Source of the DNA: the human T2T-CHM13v2.0 reference genome, Homo sapiens
Strand: one strand, 5' to 3'
Length of the DNA stretch: 64,000 bases
NCBI RefSeq assembly: GCF_009914755.1
Contig: NC_060948.1
A program made the translations under genes and the position numbers. Under the pieces are notes generated by a model. The model was not told where the DNA came from, did not search any database, and worked only from the letters and a program-made list of their open reading frames with translations. This document shows positions 54,701 through 64,000 of the stretch, piece by piece. Positions within the stretch are counted from its first letter, which is position 1. Each line of letters begins with the position of its first letter.

Positions 54701-57700
54701 CCCTAGGTACCACACTCAGCAATAGGTTATAATCTTTTCTCCTGGCAGTGTCCTGGACAAAGTAGAGAGTCACATCACCTAGTTTTGCACTCAATGGTAT
54801 GTCATTATTTCCTTAGTGGGCAGGATCCAGACAGGAGAGGAGAGTCATATTACCTAGATGCTATATCTAGTGATATGTCACAGTGTCCTCTGTGGGCAGG
54901 GCACTGGCAGGAGAGATATATCACCTAGCTGATAGTCCCAGAGATATGTGATAATATCCCCTGTTGTCTGGGTCCAAGCAGAGGAGTCATATTGTTATAA
55001 TTCTGACACAGCGATTTGTAACAATGCACCAAGAGAAAGAATTTGAGCCAAAAACTCTGAAAACCTGACTATTAGGTCCAGTGATACAACACAATCTTTT
55101 CGTCTTGTAAGATGATGCCTTTCACTTTTAGCTGAGCGTGTATATTAGAGTCAGAATCTCATGTGTATGCTGGGCCAGCGTATGACACTCTCTACAACAT
55201 CTGGCACTTTATAAAACCTCCTTGAGAGTTGCAATCCTCTCTGATGTTTTTATGCTCATGTGGACTCAAAATCATAAATATTGACCATGTTGGATAGACA
55301 ACATCTCTCCTATAGACAGGGCTAAAAGAGAACACTTATTATTATGTCAGTGATCTGGGTTCAGAAATGAGCAGCCATCGTATCTGTGGCCTGATCCACA
55401 TACAAAACCACAATTCCTACTTCACGCTGTATTCCCTTGTTAGAATCAGGACCTCAACAGTAGATATTGTAAATGTGGGATAGTGACTACTTTTAATTTC
55501 AATTGGGTGTGTAACTGAGAGTCTCAATCTGAAATTTTTGCTGGCCCTTGTTATGAAACTCTCTACCACAAAGAGTTTATACAATATAACTTACTGTTGT
55601 AAGATTCTTTGAGGTTGGTATCACTATGAAACACAGGACCTTACCTATTGTTTTAAGGTTAACGATGAGAGAAAAATATCTCCTATTGGCAGAATCCCAA
55701 TATAGATATAATCATCATGCCTGTAAACTGAAGCAAAGCATATGTCATAATCCCATTAGGAGCAAAAAGTTAGGCAGGAGGGTAACATTGCTTAAGTACT
55801 GTACAAACCAATATGTCACATTTCCTTCTGTAGGCAGGGCATAGGAAATTGGGTCACATTAACTGGGTGCTGGGCTCAGAAATACACCATCTCACACGTG
55901 AAAAACCCAGCCAAGTTATGTGAGGCAAAACACCTGCATAATGGGGCCAAGATATGTCAAAATACCTTCAATGGCTCCTACAGAGGCAGGAGGGACACAT
56001 CACAAAGGTTTTGGGCCCAGCAATAGGCAACATGCCATTATTTGCTCTTTATGCAGAACTCATGCAGAAGAGTAATATCATCTGGGTTATGGGTCCTGCA
56101 ATAGGTCCCAATAACTTTTTTATGGGCACGGTTCGGGAAAAAGAGGAGAGTCACATATGCTTACTGTTGGGCTCAGCAATGTGTAAAAATCTCCTATAGT
56201 GAAAACCTAGGCAGAAAACAAGAGTCACAATACTTAGGTCATGGGCTCAGTGATTTATTTCCCAATGTTTCTATTTCCAAAGATATTTACGATCTCTTCT
56301 GATGAAACTGTTAAGACACAAGAGTCAAATCATCAAGGTTCTTGGACATGGTATATATAAACACATCATCTGTGGACTATAACTAGGCAGGATCATAAAA
56401 TGACTCAGGTCCTGGGCAAAAGTGTATGTCACAATCATACTTGTGACAAGGTTCAGCTATGAGAATCATGATCCTACACATGTCCTGGCTCCAGGTACAA
56501 GAGTAATTAATAGGCCATTGATCTGCTCTCATGTATATGGCAAAATATCACCTGTGGACAGGGAAAAGAAATAAATCTATCACCTGAGTTGGTACTGGTC
56601 CATGGAAATGTCACAATCCTCCTTGTGGGAAGGACCCTGGAAGAAGGATCACATCACCTGGATGCTGGTTTCAGTGATAAACCTAAGTCCCCCTCTCCCA
56701 TTGTGGGCAGAGCTTAGGCACAAGAGAAAATGAATATCACCCAGGCTATTGGGCTGGATATATGTGACAATGCCCTCTATATGTGAAGGACCAAGGCAGG
56801 AGAGACACCTCACTTTGGTGCTGGGTTCAGTAATATGACACAATCTCTATAGTATTCAGGGACCAGGCTAGAGAGAAGAAACATCACCTAGGTGCTGAGA
56901 CAAGTGATGATTTACCAAACTTCCTATTAGCAGAACTGTTTCAAAAATAGAGTCACTTCACCTGGGTGCAGTACCCAGTTATGTATCACAATGCAATATA
57001 AGTGCAGGGCCAAGGCAGTAGCAGGAAGTCACATCACTTATGTGATAGACCTAGATAAAATCTTTGGTGCTCTTTGTTGGCAGGGTTCAGTCCAGGGTTT
57101 TACATCAGCTGGGTGCTGGTCCCAGTTATATATAAAACTGTCCTTTGATATATTGCCGAAAAGGTGTTATACATTGCTTAGGTGCTAGATGCATGTATGT
57201 TGCAATTTCAACAGTGCTCTGGGCATAGAAAGGAGAGTCAAAACACTCAGATTCTGGGCAAAATCATGCTTCTCAATCATATACTTGAAAATGTTCAGAA
57301 ATAGGTTTCACTGTCCCACACATGTGCTGGCTTTGGGTATGAAAGTCAACACCTCCTATGAGTTGGGTCGAAGTACTGGAGTCACAATCACAACAAAGGG
57401 CAAGATAAATGTATAAGAGCCCCAATCTTACTTGAAGCTTGTGTTCCAGTAGGAGAGTCAAAGCACCACATGTCTGTGGATTCATGATTTAACCATCACC
57501 AGACCCCCTTTGGATCAGATTCAAGTATGTGAGTAACAATGCTTATATGTGTGAGAATTTGTTCCTTATTCAGAGGCTCTGTTTATGTGTGAGAATGACA
57601 ATCATTTCAGCTAGGTATGCATCCAAGAGTCCGAATAACACCTGGCTGCTGGTGACTGTTATGACACACTTTGTACCACCCAGGCTTTATATGATATGCC

Positions 57701-60700
57701 TGAGTAGCATAATTTTCTGTGAATTCTTACAGGTGGTAGATCTAGGTCATTACCCATGACCACAAGACTGGCTAGGAGAGTTGAAATGTCTTCCCTGACT
57801 AGCTCTGGTTTTGAGAGTTATTATTGTGTATATGAGCTGAATCCAGTATATGTCACAATTCCACCTATAGACAGAGACAAGACAGAAGAGTCACATCATC
57901 TGGGTACTGAGTGAGGGATACTTGTAATCTCTTTTGTAGGCGGGACCTAGGGAGAAGAGTCATAATACCTCCATACAGTCTCAAATAATATGTCATAATG
58001 CCCACTGTATACAAGGTTGAAAAAATCATGGATTGTCACAACCTCTAGGTGCTGGGCACAGAAATATGTTGTAATTCCCTCTCTTGGTAGAGTCCAGCAC
58101 AAAGAGAAGAGTCACATCACCTAGGTTTTGTACTCGGTGGTGAGTCACAAATTCTTCAGTGGGCAGTATCAAGGCAGAGAGCAGAGTCACATTACATATA
58201 TGCTATATCCAGCGATATATGACAGTGTGCCCTGTGGGCCAGACCCCGGCAGGAGAGACACATCACCTAGCTGATAGTCCCAGAGATATGTAATAGTATC
58301 CCCTGTAGTCTGACTCCAAGCAGAAGAGTCACATTATGATGATTCTAACTCAGAGATATTATATATCACACACACACATTATATACATATACATTGTGTG
58401 TGTATATATATCCATGTATGTATATATGTATACATGTGTATATATATCCATGTTTTATATATGGTGTATATATACATTGTATATACATATTGTGTATATG
58501 TACATTGTATATACATACATTGTGTATATATACATTATATATACATACATTTTGTATATGTATACATTATATATACATTGTGTATATGTATACATTATAT
58601 ATACATACATTGTATATGTATAGACAGCAATATTTCACAAGGCACCTATGGTAAAGAATTTAAGCCAGAAGTCTAAACACCAGGGTACTAGGCCTAGTAA
58701 TATGACACAATCTCCTCATCTTCTAGGTGACAGCTTTAACTGTTAGCTTGGTGTTTATATTACAGTCACAACCTTATATGTGTTCTGCATCATTATATTG
58801 CACACTTTACAACATCCAGAGGCTTTATGCAACATACATGAGAGTCACAAACCACTCTGAGGCCTACAGGCTTGTATTTCCTCACAATCTTACATATTGC
58901 CTTAAACCCAGTTATGATTGTCAACATCTTTCTAATAGGCTGGGTTCAGACAGGAGACCCATTATTATGCCTATGATCTGGGTCCAAAAAATAGTCACCA
59001 TCTTACCTATAGCAAGATCTACATATAAAAGTGAAAAATTTCAACTTTGTACTTTATTTACTTGCTATTCTCAGGACTTCAATGTTCGCTTTGTAAATAT
59101 GGGATGCTGAAAACTTTTCACTCACCTGCACATGTAATCAAGAGTCATGATCTTAACCTTTTGCTAGGCCCTGTTTTAAAACTCTGTGTACCACCCAAGC
59201 AGTTTTTAGAGTATGAGTTATTGTTGTACACTGCTGTGAGCTTTCTACCAATATGCAAGTCACAACTTTAAGTATTTCCCTAAGTGTAGAGATGACAGGA
59301 AAATATCTGTTATTAGTGGAATCCCAATTTCAGTTTGATCATCATGACTCTGAATTGAATCAATGTAAATTTCATAATCCCATTTGTAGGAAAAAAATAC
59401 TTGGCAGGAGGGTGGTAGAACTGAGGTGCTGTGCCAAGCAATATGTCACAATGCCTTATCTATGGAGGGTCTAGAAATGAGGGTTACATTTACTGGGTGC
59501 TGGACCCAGCAATGTGGCACAATCCCAAGTTCTAAAACAACAAAAACAAACAAAACAAGACCAAGAAACAGACAAGTGATGAGAGCAAAAACTCCTACCT
59601 CATGTGCCCAAGATATGTAAAAATACTTTCTGTTGCTTGGGCACAAGCAAGACAGTTACAGCATCAGGGTGGGGGACACAGCAATATGCCATAATTCTCT
59701 CTTTATGCAGGATCCAGGCAGAAGAGGAACATCATTTGGGTGCTGGGCCCTGCAATATGTCAAAATTCCTTTTCATGTGTATGTTTTGGGAAAAAAAGAA
59801 GAGTCATATAAACTAAGTATTGGGTTTAGCAATATGTCACATCACTCCATTGTAAAGGCTCAGGCAGATGAAAAGAATTACATCACTTAGGAAACTGGCT
59901 CAGAAATATGGCCCAATGTCTGAAATAAGCAAGCCTCAGACAGAAGAGAAGAGTCATATTACATAGGTGTTTAGCTAGGTGTATGAAAAAAATCTAACAT
60001 GTGAGGTGAAGCCAGGCAGAAGGGTCACATTACCTTGATCCTGGTTCCTGAGATATGTCACAAGGTTCCCTTAGGACAAGTGTCAAACAAGAGAGTTACA
60101 ACAAATGGTTTAGATTCTACCTTTATATCACAATGCCCTTTGTGGGCCACACTGAAGCAGGGAGTTACATTTCCTAGGTGATACTCACAAGGATGTGTCA
60201 CAATGTTCTCCTTGAGACATGACTCTGGCAAAAGAGTACCATCACTTCAATGCCTGGTGTAGCAATATGTCACTATTCAGGAAAGCAGGACCCCAGCAGG
60301 AGAGCAACATTACCTAAGAGATTGGCCCAGAGATTTGTCACAGTGCTTTTTTTAGGACATGGCTCTAACAAAAGAGTATTGTCACCTGTGTGCCTGGCTC
60401 AACCATATGTAATTATCCCCAAATATGTGTAGGGCCCATTATAAAGAGCAGAGTTACATTATCTAAGTGGTTGACACAGTGATATATCACAATAATTTCT
60501 GTGGGCATGGCTAAGGCAAAAATGTAACATAACCTAGGTGCTAGATCTAATAATATGTCATGATTCTTACTGAGAGCAGGGCCCAGGCAGGAGAGTCCCA
60601 TCATGTAGAAGTAGGCACAGGTAGACAGTATAATAAAATATGTGAGCCAGAACCATTATGAAGAATTAAATCACACAGGTGCTCAGCAAAATTTATATCA

Positions 60701-63700
60701 CAATAACACTAGCAGAAAATTCCCATGATGAGATTTACAATATCACACATGGTCTGTTTTCTTGAGTGACTGTTAGCTTCATATAGGTGAGATGGTGATA
60801 GTCTTTACTGTCAGCTGGGTGTGCATTTGAGACTCACAGTTTCACCTTCTGCTGGGTTCTGTAGTGATGCTTTCTGTACAAGCTAAAGGCTTTATAAAAT
60901 ATGTAGCTGTTGTAATCTTCTTTGATTTTTTTTTTGTACCAGATAGAGATTTAACCACTCATGTCTCTAAAGTAAGTTAGGAGAGTCAAAATTACTTCTA
61001 TTTGTGGGATCCACATAGGAGAATCATTATCATGCCCATGAGCTGTGTTTGGGTATATGTCACAATTTAGTTTGTGGTAATGAAACAGGAATGACAGCCA
61101 AGTCACCTAAATAGTGAGTCAGAAATTTTCCGATATTCTCCTTGTACTCATGTCCTGGGCAGAAATGTTGCATAACTTGGGGGTTACATCAAGATGTATA
61201 ACACAATATCCCTGTGTGTGGTGTCCAGGCAGAAGAGGAGACCCATATCACCTAAATGACAGGCCCAGAAATATGTTACAAAGACTCCCCTTAAAAAGAC
61301 CAGGCAAGAGAGTCATATAATTTGGATGTAGTGCTTAGAAATGCTACAATCCCTAGTGGAAGCAGGGTCCAGGTTAGAGAGGAGTGTCAGATAATTAGAT
61401 GATGTGTCCAGAAATCTGTTACAATCCTTCTGGAAGATATTGTTAAGGCAGGAGAGTCAAATCATCAAGGTGATTAGTTGAAGTATATGTCCAAATTTCA
61501 TTTGAGGACTACAACTAGGCAGCAGTATTAAATCACTCAAGAGCTGGGCAACGGTATATGTCATAATAACATTGGTGGAAAGTTTGAGGAATGGGAGTCT
61601 CCATGTTGAATATGAACTGGATCCAGATTTAACAGTCATGATTAGTCCTCTTAAGTGGTCTTAGGTATATGGAACAATATCATCTGTGGGCAGAGAGCAA
61701 GCAGAAAGGTCACAACATCTAGGTGGGTCCTGGTCCAGTGAGATGTCACAATCTTTCCTTTGGGCAGGACCCTGGAAGAAGACTCACATCAGCTGGATAC
61801 TGGTTTTAGTGATAAATCAAAATACCCCCTGTGAGCAAATCTTAAGAGGGTGAGGAGACTCACTTTACCCAAGCAATTGGCCTAGATATATGTCAAAATA
61901 TTCACTATATGCAGAACCAACGTGTGACAGTGACCTCACTTTGGTGCTGGGTTTAGTAATATGTCACAATCTCCCCTCTGGTCATTGCAGGACAAGAGAG
62001 AAGAAACATTAGCTAGGTGCTCAGCCAAGTGATATATTACAAAGCTTCCTGTTGGCAGAATCCAAAATGGAGAGTCACACCACCTGGGCACAGTACCCTG
62101 TTATGTGTCACAATGCACTGTAACAGCAGGGCCAAGGTAGTAGAAGGGAGTCACATCACATATATGATGGATCTAAATGTAAGCCACAATCCCTTTCATA
62201 GACAGGAAAGAGACAAAGAATTCACATCACCTTGGTGCTGGTCCCAATGACATGTAAAATTGTCCATGGTAGGCAGGCCAAGGCACCTTTGCTTAGGTAT
62301 ATGGTCCACATATGTCACAATTTTATCTGTGGTTATGGCCTAAAAAGAAGAGTCAAATTATGCAGGAGCTGGGCTAACTATTATGTTCTAATCACACACT
62401 TGGAAATATTCAGAAATAAGTTTTATAGCCCTACACAAGTCCTGGATTTGTGCATGTGAGTCAACACCTCTTGTGAGTTGGGTCAAAGCAGAGGAGTCAC
62501 AGTCTCAACAATGGGCAGGATCCATGGAACAATTTCCCAATTCCACTTGAAGATTGTGTTCCAGTAGGAAAGTCCAGCCTCACAGTTGGGCTCAATATTG
62601 CATAACCAAACCATCCATGGGGTTATACCGTGTATGAAAGGAACAATTTCAACCTTTGAGTGTTCTTTTGTGTGAAATTTAATACTTTATTTGTAGGCCA
62701 TGTTCTTGTGTGAGAATGACAATCAAGTTAGCTGGGTGTGTCCATGATTCACAATAACATCTGGTTGCTATTCCCTGTTATGACATTGTTTGTACAACTG
62801 AGGCTTTATATGGTATGCCTGAGTGTCATAATCCTCTATGAACTTTATACAAATAGGAGACCCATTATTTTACTTATGGCAATAAGACTGGCTATGAGAG
62901 GCTCTGTCACAGGCAGGATAGTAACATCTTCCGGGTGCTTGGCCCACTCATATGCAATAATTTCTTCTTAATTCAGAACTCTGACAAAATTGTAATATCA
63001 TCTTTGTGGAATAGGTCAAAATTTCCCTTTGTGGGCATGGTTCAGAAAAAAGAGTACGGTCACATAAGTGAAACTCTAAGCTCAGCAATATGCCATAATC
63101 CCACCATTTTAAAGGCCCAGGCAGCTGAAGAAAATCATATCACTTAGGTCATGGGCTCAGAGATATGTCCCAATGTCCCCAGTAGGCAGGACTCAGAGAG
63201 GAGAGTTGTATCACTTATGTGCTTTTTTAGGTATATGTCACAATCTAACACATGGGAAGACACCAGGTAGAACAGACACATCACCTGGGTGCTGGGTACT
63301 GTGATATGTCACAAGGCTTCCTTAGGAAAACACCAAGGCAAAAGAGTTACATCATCTTCCAGTAGGTTTAATTGTTATGTCATAATGCTGTATGTGGGTG
63401 AGGTCCAAGCCTCAAGTCACATAATCTAGGTGACAGTCACAGAGATATATTACTATGCCTTCCTTGACATATAGCACTGGTGAAAAAGAATCATCACCAA
63501 TTTACCTGGCCTAGAAATATGTCACTTGCACCCACTCTGTTCAGGACCCATTCTAGAGAGGAGAGTTACATCACCTAATTGGTGGACATAGTGATATGTC
63601 ACAGTGATGTCTGTGGCCAAGGCTCAGGCAAGAATGTAACATCACCTGGGTTTTTGATCCAGTAATATGTCACAATCCTTACTGAGAGAAGGGCCAAGGC

Positions 63701-64000
63701 AGGAGAGTCACATCATTTATACGTTGGTCCAGGTAGAGATAACTATCCCATATATGATCTGGAACCAGTCTGGAGAGTCAAATCACACAGATGCTCAGCA
63801 AATGTTTATATCACAATCACACTGTCAGAATATTCCAGAGATGAGATTTACAATACCATACATGTCCTGCTTTCATGAGTGACAGTTGGCTTCATGTATG
63901 TGAGATGTGACAGTCCGTACTGTCAGCTGCATGTGCATATGAGACTCACAATTTCACCATTCTGCTGGGTTCTGTGATAACACTCTCTGTACAAGCCATG
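48753..64000 (+). repeat. Beta-satellite array, canonical orientation
   Basis: Same monomers; macro-unit landmarks at ~50190, 51940, 55710 and 59340. Confidence 0.9.
58356..58622. repeat. Compound (TA/CA/TG)n simple repeat with ~30-bp secondary period
   Basis: 'tatacattatatatacatacattgtgtatatg'-like units recur several times inside one satellite monomer. Confidence 0.95.

Noticed and set aside
58336-58676. Tyr/Ile/Cys-rich ORFs in three frames
   Set aside because: Translation of a TA-rich simple repeat.

Overview
Primate (very probably human) non-coding, CpG-poor DNA with no intact protein-coding gene. About three quarters of the window is highly diverged 68-72 bp beta-satellite (BSR/Beta), organised into ~4.7-kb macro-units. 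The array is reverse-complement from 1 to 36.66 kb and canonical from 41.1 to 64 kb. At the switch point lies a disrupted, unprocessed ZNF736-like KRAB zinc-finger pseudogene (last intron plus finger exon, minus strand, no KRAB exons). An exon-less paralogue of the same intron lies at 21.3-26.3 kb in the opposite orientation, and a younger inverted copy (39.7-41.9 kb versus 47.0-48.75 kb) flanks a 5-kb spacer. Interspersed elements are two 5'-truncated L1PA copies, old L1M fragments, an LTR10-like solo LTR and ten Alu copies or fragments. The combination fits the ZNF736P/beta-satellite region of the human Y chromosome, but that placement is an inference. All ORFs in the supplied track are repeat-derived or pseudogenic. 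I found no evidence for a new coding system; the interest lies in the layered duplication architecture. Identities and subfamily calls are by-eye estimates and comparisons to consensus sequences recalled from memory.
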